Source: a virus
Length of the DNA stretch: 64,000 bases
Strand: one strand, 5' to 3'
Virus record (IMG/VR): IMGVR_UViG_3300012930_000012
Span: 9,468 to 73,467 of that record
Part shown: positions 37,510-45,919 of the stretch, one piece after another
Numbering within the stretch: position 1 is the first letter of the stretch
Layout: each line of letters starts with the position of its first letter
Made by a program: the position numbers and the translations under genes
The notes under the pieces: generated by a model
What the model was told of the DNA's origin: nothing
What the model saw: the letters and a program-made list of their open reading frames with translations, nothing else
The model's database searches: none

Positions 37510-37946
37510 GCGAACCCTCTCTCTGGCAACGCACCCGTGACAATCTTAAACCCTTTGGCAGACTGGTGCGGGTGGAAAATCCCATCGACCCCGGCACGCC
37601 GGATGTGTGCTACTGCCTGCGCCGTCTACCCACCATGCCCAAAGGTGCCACCGGCTGGATAGAACTGAAGCACGTGCACAAGTGGCCCGTGCGCTCCGCC
37701 ACGGCCCTTGTCATCAACGAACTCACACGCGAGCAAGTCGATTGGCACACATTCTGGGCACTCGCGGGGGGCACCAGTTGGTGCCTTCTGCAAGTGGATA
37801 GAACCATCTTGCTCCTGGACCACCATGCCATCGCCCAGGTGTTCGCCCGGGCACACACGCGAACCAGCCTATCCGCGTCCGCTGCCGTCGTCAGCGAAAA
37901 CGTATTCCCCACCGCGGAGCTTGTAAAATGCCTGACAAGGACTTAA
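37506..37946 (+). CDS. VRR-NUC / PD-(D/E)xK nuclease (Holliday-junction resolvase-like)
   Basis: RVEN...GTPDV...WIELK...EQV.W. Confidence 0.8.
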   Translation: MSEPSLWQRTRDNLKPFGRLVRVENPIDPGTPDVCYCLRRLPTMPKGATGWIELKHVHKWPVRSATALVINELTREQVDWHTFWALAGGTSWCLLQVDRTILLLDHHAIAQVFARAHTRTSLSASAAVVSENVFPTAELVKCLTRT

Positions 37947-38296
37947 CCCACCGCACCCCCGCCGAGGAGCTGTGGCTCAACCGTATGCGGGCGGGGTTGT
38001 CCCAGACCGCCTACGCGGCCCGGCTAGGTGTGTCACGCAACACCCTAGCCAATGCCGAGCGAAACGGCCCCAGCAACCGCCTGCGCGCGGCTGCCGCCCG
38101 GAAAACCACCGCGACTACCCCCCTGCTCCTTGCCCTGGCCCGGCGCCGGCATGGGCTTTCGCTCCGGGCCACCGCCGTGCTGGTGGGGACGAGCCACACC
38201 ACCTTGCTCGACTGGGAGGTTAGGGGGGCGGTGACTCTGGTATCTTGGTGGGAGCGGAGGGGGTGGCATTTTGGGGCGCAGCGCGCGCTAAAATAG
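37928..38296 (+). CDS. Tandem XRE-type HTH protein
   Basis: R.RAGLSQ..YAARLGVSRNTLANAE and RRRHGLSLRATA.LVG.SHTTL.DWE. Confidence 0.75.
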   Translation: MPDKDLTHRTPAEELWLNRMRAGLSQTAYAARLGVSRNTLANAERNGPSNRLRAAAARKTTATTPLLLALARRRHGLSLRATAVLVGTSHTTLLDWEVRGAVTLVSWWERRGWHFGAQRALK

Positions 38297-38308
38297 TTGA
38301 ACTATTTT
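38290..38308. promoter_or_regulatory. Perfect AT-rich palindrome (operator-like)
   Basis: AAAATAGTT-G-AACTATTTT, 12 bp upstream of a -35 box. Confidence 0.5.
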
Positions 38309-38320
38309 TGTTCGAGGGGC

Positions 38321-38349
38321 TTTACTCTTGCACAAGCACCTTCTAAAGT
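38321..38349 (+). promoter_or_regulatory. Sigma70-like early promoter (TTTACT-17-TAAAGT)
   Basis: Near-consensus boxes, 17-bp spacer, intergenic. Confidence 0.65.
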
Positions 38350-38356
38350 GATCTTT

Positions 38357-38446
38357 GGGAGGTTACCCAATACCAGCGGCTCCAGCTAAGTGCCAGCTCC
38401 TCGAGAGCGACCAGGGTAGAGCGCCAGCGAAAGAAGGTAACCTCTC
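38357..38446 (+). ncRNA. Candidate structured leader/small RNA with five CCAG repeats
   Basis: 11-bp closing stem GGGAGGTTACC/GGTAACCTCTC starting at the predicted TSS; CCAG at 38373, 38382, 38393, 38411, 38424. Confidence 0.5.
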
Positions 38447-38465
38447 GTAGAACCAGGAGAACCAA

Positions 38466-38564
38466 ATGAGCTACAAAGCAACAATCGAGGCACCATCGCG
38501 CACCACCCGCCGGGACAACCGCCACGGCGTAGGCGGCCGAGTTCCCGGGAATGTATTGACATGA
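38466..38564 (+). CDS. 32-aa leader/mini protein
   Basis: MSYKATIEAPSRTTRRDNRHGVGGRVPGNVLT; strong RBS motif; ATGA-coupled to the next gene. Confidence 0.45.
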   Translation: MSYKATIEAPSRTTRRDNRHGVGGRVPGNVLT

Positions 38565-39019
38565 CCAGACTCCGCCCCCTGCCCATCGGCAACTTCTACT
38601 GCGGCCCATCGGCCGTGGCCACCGTGACCGGCGAACACCCCAAGGGCCGCGTGCGCGCGCTCATCAACGAGCGCCGCGGCCGGCCCGCGAACCAGGGGGT
38701 GTGCAACTCAAGCTCCCGGGATTTGCAGTTCGCTTTGCGCTACCTGGGCTACTACACCGACTGGTACAGCCAGGGTGACATCGAGCGCATGTACGGGGTA
38801 CAGCGCCCAACGCTGCGCGCGTGGGCGGACGACCAGGATGGGGACGATGATTGCCTTTTCCTGGTGAACGTCACTGGCCATTGGGTGGCGTACGACGCCA
38901 AGACGAAGGAGGCTTGCGACAATCACTCGCGAATAGCCAGACCTATTGGGCTATTCCCTGGCAACCGCAAGCTGGTCAAGGGTTACATCAAAATCTTCGG
39001 ACAAATAAAGGGAGCCTAA
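38561..39019 (+). CDS. Papain-fold (C39-like) cysteine peptidase-like early protein
   Basis: YCGPSAVA ... LVNVTGHWVAYD ... CDN. Confidence 0.55.
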   Translation: MTRLRPLPIGNFYCGPSAVATVTGEHPKGRVRALINERRGRPANQGVCNSSSRDLQFALRYLGYYTDWYSQGDIERMYGVQRPTLRAWADDQDGDDDCLFLVNVTGHWVAYDAKTKEACDNHSRIARPIGLFPGNRKLVKGYIKIFGQIKGA

Positions 39020-39020
39020 G

Positions 39021-39386
39021 ATGCAACTGGGACGAGAGACGGCCAATGTCATGAGCCACATCATGACTGAATCAAAACAGCCGGAGCCCAAGGTGGGCGA
39101 TGGCGCCACCGTGTGTTGGTACACGGACCGTAGCCCGGGTACTATCATCGAGGTGGGCACGAAGCAACGCCGCCCCATGGTGGTGGTGCAGGAGGATCAC
39201 GCCACCCGCACCGACAGCAATGGGGTAAGCGATTCCCAGGACTACGCCTACGCGCCCAACACCGCCGGCCGCAAATGGACTTTCACTTTGCGCAAGGACG
39301 GCCGCTGGCGGGAGCTGGGGCGTAGCGCCTCATCGCTGGGCCTGGCTATTGGCTTCAGGCGCAAGTACCACGACTTTTCATTCTAA
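39021..39386 (+). CDS. Conserved phage early protein
   Basis: PKVGDGAT..WYTDR.P.TI...FTLRKDGRW...G.RRKYHDFSF. Confidence 0.65.
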   Translation: MQLGRETANVMSHIMTESKQPEPKVGDGATVCWYTDRSPGTIIEVGTKQRRPMVVVQEDHATRTDSNGVSDSQDYAYAPNTAGRKWTFTLRKDGRWRELGRSASSLGLAIGFRRKYHDFSF

Positions 39387-39401
39387 GGAGGCGACAATGG
39401 C

Positions 39402-39755
39402 TTGATGGACACCTACCAAGGCTACCGAAAAGGAAACGGTGGGATTGGCACATGCGTGGTGACGGTAGGCCCGCTTAACGGCAAGCGGCGCCGCCTACCG
39501 CTCCACACGAAGATATTCAACCACAGCCCCACGGGGTTCGAATGGGGCTACGGCGGGAGCGGCCCCGCCCAGCTTGCCTTGGCCATCTTGGCCGATGCCA
39601 CCGGGGACGAGGAATTAGCCGCACGGCACCACCAGCAATACAAGTGGGATGTCATCTCGCGGCTTGATACCGCCAAGCCATGGACCATTGCCAAGGAGGA
39701 TGTGTTAGCCGCGGTGGAGCGATACAAGGTTGCAGTGGCCAGCGGAGAAGGCTGA
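39402..39755 (+). CDS. DUF6166-like protein
   Basis: NHSPTGFEWGYGGSGPAQLALAILAD. Confidence 0.75.
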   Translation: MMDTYQGYRKGNGGIGTCVVTVGPLNGKRRRLPLHTKIFNHSPTGFEWGYGGSGPAQLALAILADATGDEELAARHHQQYKWDVISRLDTAKPWTIAKEDVLAAVERYKVAVASGEG

Positions 39756-39766
39756 CCGCAGCTGGG

Positions 39767-39805
39767 AGGGCACTGGGGACCAGCGTATCGCCGGCCCAGT
39801 GCCCT
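39767..39805. other. 11-bp intergenic hairpin
   Basis: AGGGCACTGGG / CCCAGTGCCCT; no U tract. Confidence 0.55.
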
Positions 39806-39833
39806 AACAGGTACGATTAGGAGTGTGTAGGCC

Positions 39834-40031
39834 ATGAAGAAGGTCGGTTTAGTGCTAGATTCTGTTGCCGAGGCGGTTGCCCTGGCTGGCACCGAGGGAG
39901 TTTCCGGAGGAACGCTTTATGCCATCCTCATGGGGTATGGCTGTTCCTACAATATGTTTGAAGCTTTGATGGACACCCTTGTTCGCGAAGGCAAAGTCAA
40001 GAAACGAGGGCAAAGTTATTTTACAGAATAA
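39834..40031 (+). CDS. Small winged-helix-like protein
   Basis: GVSGGTLYAILM...F..LMD.LV.EGKV.K. Confidence 0.55.
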   Translation: MKKVGLVLDSVAEAVALAGTEGVSGGTLYAILMGYGCSYNMFEALMDTLVREGKVKKRGQSYFTE

Positions 40032-40043
40032 TGAACTCAGGAG

Positions 40044-40071
40044 TTTACTTTTGCCCAAATAGGTTTACCGT
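40044..40071 (+). promoter_or_regulatory. Sigma70-like promoter (TTTACT-16-TACCGT)
   Basis: Third copy of the TTTACTyTTGC motif; intergenic. Confidence 0.5.
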
Positions 40072-40131
40072 GCGTGCGTTCCGGCGGTGATGCGACACGG
40101 CGCCTCGGAACATAGAGCCAGGAGAGATAAA

Positions 40132-40371
40132 ATGCTAAGAGCCATTGAATACACAGACACCACCAGCAAGGAACCAGCAGCCAAGGAAATTTTCTCCTGG
40201 CTCCAGACCCAGGTGGACTACCTAGGCGGGCGCATACTGGAACCCTCGCCGGCGAAGCCCGGCTGGAGGGTGCAGGTTATCTTCCAGGATTGCGGACACG
40301 ATCTTCCGCTCCCGGATGGCTGCCGCCGCGTATTTTGCCCCAGCTCCTTCCTCCACACGTTGGGGGTGTGA
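40132..40371 (+). CDS. Hypothetical protein
   Basis: Start follows AGAGCCAGGAGAGATAAA. Confidence 0.55.
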   Translation: MLRAIEYTDTTSKEPAAKEIFSWLQTQVDYLGGRILEPSPAKPGWRVQVIFQDCGHDLPLPDGCRRVFCPSSFLHTLGV

Positions 40372-40372
40372 C

Positions 40373-41953
40373 ATGAGCAAAACCTTCACCCCCTCCGCGT
40401 ACCAACAAGCCATCTTCGACTGGGTTGCAGATGGAACCGGCTCGGCCATCGTTAAGGCGGTGGCAGGTAGTGGAAAGACAACCACCGTGAAACGATGTTT
40501 GCCTTTCATCCCCGAGCACAAGAGCGTGCAATTGCTCGCCTTCAACAACTCGGCCGCCAAGAGCCTCAAGGAGGCCATCGCGATGCTCGTTCAAGAGAGC
40601 CGCGATGGACGCCAGTACAAGGGCGTGCGGGCCAACACCTTCCACTCACTCGGCTACGGCGCCATCCTAAAGCGCCTGGCATTGAAGCCCGAGCAGATTA
40701 CCACCACCGACAAAAAGATACGCAACGTGGCCAAGAGCCTGTTGGGCGATCTGGAATACGATGTTTACGCCGATTTCTGCGTGCACCTGGTTGGCTTAGC
40801 CAAGGGCGCCGGCATTGGCCCCCTGACTCCTGACGTGGCCGATGCCTGGTACACGCTTATTTCCCACCACGACCTTTACCTGGATGATGTGGAAGCCACC
40901 GAAGAACGTGCCATTGTTATAGCGCGGGATCTTCTTCGCGAGAGCAACAGGCTGGCCGAAATACGACCCGGCTCCGCACCCATCATCGACTACGATGACA
41001 TGCTTTATTTGCCTCTCCTTTGGAGATGCAAATTGTGGCAAAACGATTGGGTTTTTGTTGATGAAGCCCAGGATACAAGCCCCGCGCGCCGTGCGCTAGC
41101 CAAACTTGCACTGCGGCCAGGGGGCCGGCTGGTGGCGGTAGGTGACGACCGACAAGCCATCTATGGCTTCACCGGCGCCTCGGCTGATGCGATGGACCTC
41201 ATCCGCGAGGAGTTTCGTTGCGTGGAACTTCCCCTCACCGTTAGCTACAGGTGCCCCAAGGCGGTTGCCGTTAAGGTGCGTGACTTAGTGCCGTACTTTG
41301 AGGTGCCGGAGTCCGCCATTGAAGGCGAAGTGAAATCGTGCACGCTGGCTGATGCCATGACGGTGCTGGGGCCTCAGGACGCCATCTTATGCCGGCAGAC
41401 CGCCCCGCTGGTGGAGCTGTGCTTCAATCTCATTGGACGCGGCAAGCCCTGCGCGGTGCTGGGCAAGGATATCGCCACGGGGTTAGTTAGCCTCATCAAT
41501 CGCCAAAAGGCTAAGGGCCTGGATGCGCTCATCGCGAAGCTGGAAGACTACAGAGACCGCGAAGTGGCCAAGCACATGGCCAAGGGCGAGGAAGGCAAGG
41601 CGGAAGCCGTATCGGATCGTGTTGCTTGCATCTTGACCATCGCATCGCACCTCAACGAGCGGGAGCGCACGGTGCCGGCGCTGGTGCGCAAGATTGAGGA
41701 CATGTTTACCGAAGGCAACGACGTGCTCTCGCTGGCCACCATCCACAAGGTTAAGGGCCGCGAGTACCGCCGGGTTGCCATCTTGATGCCCGAGTTAATG
41801 CCATCCAAGTGGGCACGCCAGGAGCACCAGTACCAGCAAGAACTGAACCTTCAATATGTGGGCTGGACGCGGGCCATGGAAACGCTCATGGAACTCACCA
41901 CCAACACATTGCCGGAGCCGCGCAAGGTGGCCCCGGCGGAGGTGGTGGCATGA
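40373..41953 (+). CDS. Second UvrD-family SF1 helicase (early region)
   Basis: AVAGSGKT, LAFN, TFHSLG, VDEAQD, GDDRQAIYGF, SYRCP, TIHKVKGRE, YVGWTRA. Confidence 0.9.
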   Translation: MSKTFTPSAYQQAIFDWVADGTGSAIVKAVAGSGKTTTVKRCLPFIPEHKSVQLLAFNNSAAKSLKEAIAMLVQESRDGRQYKGVRANTFHSLGYGAILKRLALKPEQITTTDKKIRNVAKSLLGDLEYDVYADFCVHLVGLAKGAGIGPLTPDVADAWYTLISHHDLYLDDVEATEERAIVIARDLLRESNRLAEIRPGSAPIIDYDDMLYLPLLWRCKLWQNDWVFVDEAQDTSPARRALAKLALRPGGRLVAVGDDRQAIYGFTGASADAMDLIREEFRCVELPLTVSYRCPKAVAVKVRDLVPYFEVPESAIEGEVKSCTLADAMTVLGPQDAILCRQTAPLVELCFNLIGRGKPCAVLGKDIATGLVSLINRQKAKGLDALIAKLEDYRDREVAKHMAKGEEGKAEAVSDRVACILTIASHLNERERTVPALVRKIEDMFTEGNDVLSLATIHKVKGREYRRVAILMPELMPSKWARQEHQYQQELNLQYVGWTRAMETLMELTTNTLPEPRKVAPAEVVA

Positions 41954-42144
41954 GGACCTTCCACACACCTGAGCACGTGCGGGTGCTCAATGAATCAGTG
42001 GCCGCTCACCTAGACCCGCACACGGCCGTGGCCGCCTGGTTCAACGACGTGTCCTACGATGCTGTGACGCGCGAGCAACGCATCCAGGCCAAGAACGCAA
42101 ACTACATCTACCTGTATTCAAACTCTAGCAAGCTGGGGGCATAA
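41950..42144 (+). CDS. 64-aa protein resembling the PolA fingers/O-helix segment
   Basis: DPHTAVAAWFNDVSYDAVTREQRIQAKNANYIYLY; ATGA-coupled; RBS GGAGGTGG. Confidence 0.6.
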   Translation: MRTFHTPEHVRVLNESVAAHLDPHTAVAAWFNDVSYDAVTREQRIQAKNANYIYLYSNSSKLGA

Positions 42145-43056
42145 ATGCCGCACATGACCTATAAGACCAAACGCTTCTCGCCGGAGAGTGAGAGCATCAT
42201 CGACAAGGCCGAGGAGATTTGTACCGAGTACATGGGCCAAGGCTACACGTTGACCTTGCGCCAGCTCTACTACCAGTTCGTGGCCCGGGGCTTGCTGGCC
42301 AACAACGACAAGAACTACGACAGGCTTGGGTCCATCATAAACGATGCCCGGCTAGCCGGCCGCATTGACTGGGCTGCTATTGAGGACCGCACGCGCCACC
42401 TCCGTAAGCTGGCATCGTGGGACTCGCCCAAGGACATTCTGGAAGCCAGCGCCGCCCAGTTCCGCTACGACCGCTGGGGCAGCCAGCCTACGCGCGTAGA
42501 GGTGTGGATTGAAAAAGACGCCTTGATTGGCGTTATTGAGCCCACGTGCAACGAGTGGCGGGTACCCTACTTCGCTTGTCGCGGCTACTCCAGCCAATCA
42601 GAGCAGTGGCGTGCCGGCCGGCGCTTCCTGGGACACCGAGAGAACGGCCAGCACGTGCTGGTGCTCCACTTGGGCGATCATGACCCCAGCGGCATCGACA
42701 TGACCCGCGACAACGACGAGCGCCTAGCCATGTTCGCCGGCACCGAGGACGGCGAGGACCTGGACCTCGAGTATGACCTGACCATTAAGCGCATCGCGCT
42801 CAACATGAACCAGGTGCGCCAGTACAACCCACCACCCAACCCCGCCAAGCTCTCGGACTCCCGGGCCGCGGATTACATCAAGCGATTCGGGAACGAAAGT
42901 TGGGAGTTAGATGCACTGGACCCCAAGGTTATCGCCGCCATGCTTCGCCGGGAATTTGAGGCTGTGCTGGATGACGACGCCTGGGCTGAGGCCATCGCAA
43001 AGGAGAAGACAGCCCGCACCCGCATCGCCGAGATGGCCAAGAAGTGGAAGGATTGA
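42145..43056 (+). CDS. Topo VI-A/Spo11/JetD-like wHTH-TOPRIM protein
   Basis: TLRQLYYQ, EVWIEKDAL, RGYSS, LGDHDPSG, WELDAL. Confidence 0.8.
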   Translation: MPHMTYKTKRFSPESESIIDKAEEICTEYMGQGYTLTLRQLYYQFVARGLLANNDKNYDRLGSIINDARLAGRIDWAAIEDRTRHLRKLASWDSPKDILEASAAQFRYDRWGSQPTRVEVWIEKDALIGVIEPTCNEWRVPYFACRGYSSQSEQWRAGRRFLGHRENGQHVLVLHLGDHDPSGIDMTRDNDERLAMFAGTEDGEDLDLEYDLTIKRIALNMNQVRQYNPPPNPAKLSDSRAADYIKRFGNESWELDALDPKVIAAMLRREFEAVLDDDAWAEAIAKEKTARTRIAEMAKKWKD

Positions 43057-43060
43057 GGCC

Positions 43061-43303
43061 GTGACTACGATCCAGCTCCACCGCATCAACGCCACCACCT
43101 ACACGGTTGTGAACACCCCGCTCATCATACGCCGGGTGGACCCGCAATTTAGCGGCCAGCCAGCCGCCACCTGGGACCTTGCCAGCACCAGCGGAGCAAT
43201 GATTGAATCAGAGCTAGCCACACTGGCCCAAGCCAGATACCAGGCCGGCAAGTTTATCACGGAAACTCTCCAAGCTGAAATCAACGCATGGGATCAAGCA
43301 TGA
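43061..43303 (+). CDS. Hypothetical protein
   Basis: GTG after GAGG; ATGA-coupled to the next gene. Confidence 0.45.
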   Translation: MTTIQLHRINATTYTVVNTPLIIRRVDPQFSGQPAATWDLASTSGAMIESELATLAQARYQAGKFITETLQAEINAWDQA

Positions 43304-44205
43304 CCCTCATGCTCCCCCACCTCATTGACGATCTTGAAGGCCGGGTCAAGCATTCAACTTTAATCAAGATACCTGGCAGCGAGCACAGCGTGGATAACTT
43401 CCTCGTGCTCGTCAAACAAGCCGAAAAGTTCTCCTTTGGCGAGATACCACTCGAGCGTAACCCAAACCCCAAGGAAGCCATCGCCGGCATACCCGTGTGG
43501 ATGCAGCCAGAGATCACAGAGGTAGAACAAGAAGCCTGGGATCTGGGATTAATTCCATTACCGGCGCCCATTTGCTGGTACGAATACATCCTCGGCGGGG
43601 AACCCAGCGGCTGCCTGGTTATCGGCACCGGAGGAGAAATCCGTGTGCAGCGAGTGGATTACAACGCCAAGCAGCGCAAAGGGGTTTTTAGCGGCGTGTT
43701 CGTGGAAAAGGAATCCCCCGGACAATACATCGCCCACGGCCCAAAACCGGCCACGGATTTCATCCGCAACTTACACAAAGCCGGCAAACGAGTGATGAAC
43801 TTATCAGCCGATCATTACCTGGTCACCTACTTGACTCTTATGCTATCATCCCTCACCACCGACATCCATGTGGTGCCCGCACCACATCGCTTAAACAAGT
43901 CTCGCATGAAAGCCGGCAACGCCCCCCTGCCTCCGCACCGGGTGGTGACCATCGTGCCGGACCGCTACGTGGACCGGGGGCCAAGCCAGGGGGGCACGCA
44001 CCGTAGCCCGCGGCTGCACTGGCGGCGCTCCCACAAGCGGCACCACGAACACCGCACACCCTCCGCGGTTTACTCCCCACACGAGGTTCACAAAGGGCTA
44101 ACGGGGTGGTGGATCACGCTCATCGCCCGCCAGCTTGTGGGGAAGAAGGAAGCGGGTGAGGTTAGCCACGAATACTTCGTTCGCGATAAGGAGACGATGT
44201 CATGA
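43300..44205 (+). CDS. Conserved phage protein with a C-terminal SPRxHxRRxH motif
   Basis: LPAPICWYEY...LNKSR.K.G..PL...SPRLHWRRSH.R. Confidence 0.65.
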   Translation: MTLMLPHLIDDLEGRVKHSTLIKIPGSEHSVDNFLVLVKQAEKFSFGEIPLERNPNPKEAIAGIPVWMQPEITEVEQEAWDLGLIPLPAPICWYEYILGGEPSGCLVIGTGGEIRVQRVDYNAKQRKGVFSGVFVEKESPGQYIAHGPKPATDFIRNLHKAGKRVMNLSADHYLVTYLTLMLSSLTTDIHVVPAPHRLNKSRMKAGNAPLPPHRVVTIVPDRYVDRGPSQGGTHRSPRLHWRRSHKRHHEHRTPSAVYSPHEVHKGLTGWWITLIARQLVGKKEAGEVSHEYFVRDKETMS

Positions 44206-44451
44206 AGGAACTTATCTCACACACGGCCATGAAGCCCGGCGTGCCCATCTTGCTGGTAGCTCGTTTGAGTACCATCCAGTGCATGGTGCTCCAGTTGGGT
44301 AGGATGGATCGCCGATTCGAGGGTATCATCAAGGTGGCAAGTGTGTCTGGCTAAATGATGGCCGGCGCGTGGAGTTTGAAACCACCGGGGATGGTGGTTT
44401 TATCGGAACGCTCTCGAAAGAACCGGACCCGCTGTACCCGGGGAGGGAGAC

Positions 44452-44775
44452 ATGAGCCTGGACAACCACCTCAAGAAGGTTACAGCCACCCACTGGGTGA
44501 CCAAAGACGGACGGCGACTGACACCCGCCCAGATGGGCACAAACCACCTCCGCAACACGGTGAATTTGCTCAAGCGTTGGGGTTGGCACGAGAAGCTGCG
44601 GCGAGAACTTCAGCTGTGCATGGTCAATCCAAACACCACCGGGGACGGGGCGTTTGATGCGGTGATGAGCGAAATGTACGCGCTCGAGCGCCAGACGGTG
44701 GACGACTTCCTGTGCTGGGTGGTACCCACCTACCGGGCACTGGTTACTGAACTGAGGTTGAGGGCTTATGGATGA
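44452..44775 (+). CDS. Conserved phage hypothetical protein
   Basis: W.TKDGR....QM.TNHLRNT..LL. Confidence 0.6.
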   Translation: MSLDNHLKKVTATHWVTKDGRRLTPAQMGTNHLRNTVNLLKRWGWHEKLRRELQLCMVNPNTTGDGAFDAVMSEMYALERQTVDDFLCWVVPTYRALVTELRLRAYG

Positions 44776-44954
44776 GCAACGGCCATAATGCGCAAGCGCG
44801 TAAGGGTCTAGAGACCGAGAAGGTCAACCGCCGGCACATGCACGCCCGACGCAAGAACAAGAAGGATTCCTGGGAGGCCAAGCACCGCGGAAGCAAAAGA
44901 CAGTACGCCCGCGAATACCATGAAATGGAGGAAGACGATGCCCGCGATGACTAG
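44772..44954 (+). CDS. Small basic protein
   Basis: ATGA coupling. Confidence 0.4.
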   Translation: MSNGHNAQARKGLETEKVNRRHMHARRKNKKDSWEAKHRGSKRQYAREYHEMEEDDARDD

Positions 44955-45233
44955 GTTTTTAGGGTTGGTGGTTTTGGGGCTGGTATGGGCTGTGGCGCTC
45001 ATGCTCGTTTATGTAGCGTGAGCGCGCACGTGCCGGCGCCCTGGCGCCCTACCATGTGGGACCGTGCTCTAGCATGGGCGGCCGTAACCGCCATTGGCCT
45101 GGCCGTTACAGGCTGGTGGGTGTGGATGGCCTGGACCCTGGACGGGCTGCTATGTGCAAACTGATTAACGGAGCCTTGTGCCTCGTGGGCGCGCTCGTGT
45201 GGCTCTGGGTGTGGGTTGTTTACTTCCAGGACT

Positions 45234-45259
45234 AAAAAAAAAGGCCCCAACCGGGGCCT
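45234..45259 (-). terminator. Intrinsic terminator for the late (minus-strand) transcript
   Basis: AGGCCCC-GGTT-GGGGCCT hairpin followed by a long T run on the minus strand. Confidence 0.75.
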
Positions 45260-45272
45260 AGGAGGCATTTAA

Positions 45273-45602
45273 ATGAGATGGAAATGGCTGGAACGGTTAG
45301 CCGAGCGTTGGCTCAATCACGAGCGAAGCTTCGTTGGGGTTGCCTTTGGCACGCTTGACACCAAGGGTGATTTCGTCATCATGGCTGAGCACGATGTTCA
45401 GGTTGTCGTGTTCAACGGCGTGGTTTTTAACGCGAAGTACGAAATCTTCACAGCCACACGGGTTTTTTTGGTCACCCACTTCGCCTGGAGAACAGCCGAG
45501 GGGACTTTGGCGGTGCGTCCTGCGGATGAACGGGTGCAGATGGTTGCCAACGACAGCATCGGTCTAAGACGGGAGAAATTCAAGCTGGCCTTAAAGGATT
45601 AG
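45273..45602 (+). CDS. Hypothetical beta-rich protein, last plus-strand gene
   Basis: RBS AGGAGG; stop overlaps the convergent late gene. Confidence 0.55.
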   Translation: MRWKWLERLAERWLNHERSFVGVAFGTLDTKGDFVIMAEHDVQVVVFNGVVFNAKYEIFTATRVFLVTHFAWRTAEGTLAVRPADERVQMVANDSIGLRREKFKLALKD

Positions 45603-45919
45603 CAGGCCGGATTATCCACCTTGAATAAGAACGGGGTCGAGATAAGCTTCACGCTCGGACCGGATTCGTAAGTCAAGAAGACCTCCCAGTCGCCGGCCTG
45701 GTCAATATCGCCGGCGACAAACGTGTACTGGACGTATTGATTAGCCAAGAACGTTCCCAGCGACGTCGGCACGGTGGTGGCTCCAAGAGACACGGCCGGG
45801 TTTGTCTTGATTAGGAAACTTTCATCGGGCTTCGTAAATGTCAACGTTAGCGCCGTCCATGCGCTCATGTCGTAGTTGGCATCAAACCTAAACAACACGC
45901 CGTACTCGCCAATCTTCAT
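45599..45919 (-). CDS. BppU-N/Ig-like virion protein
   Basis: D.S....L.FTKPD...V.Y.F..GDIDQAGDW....F.V. Confidence 0.6.
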   Translation of the reverse strand: MKIGEYGVLFRFDANYDMSAWTALTLTFTKPDESFLIKTNPAVSLGATTVPTSLGTFLANQYVQYTFVAGDIDQAGDWEVFLTYESGPSVKLISTPFLFKVDNPAC

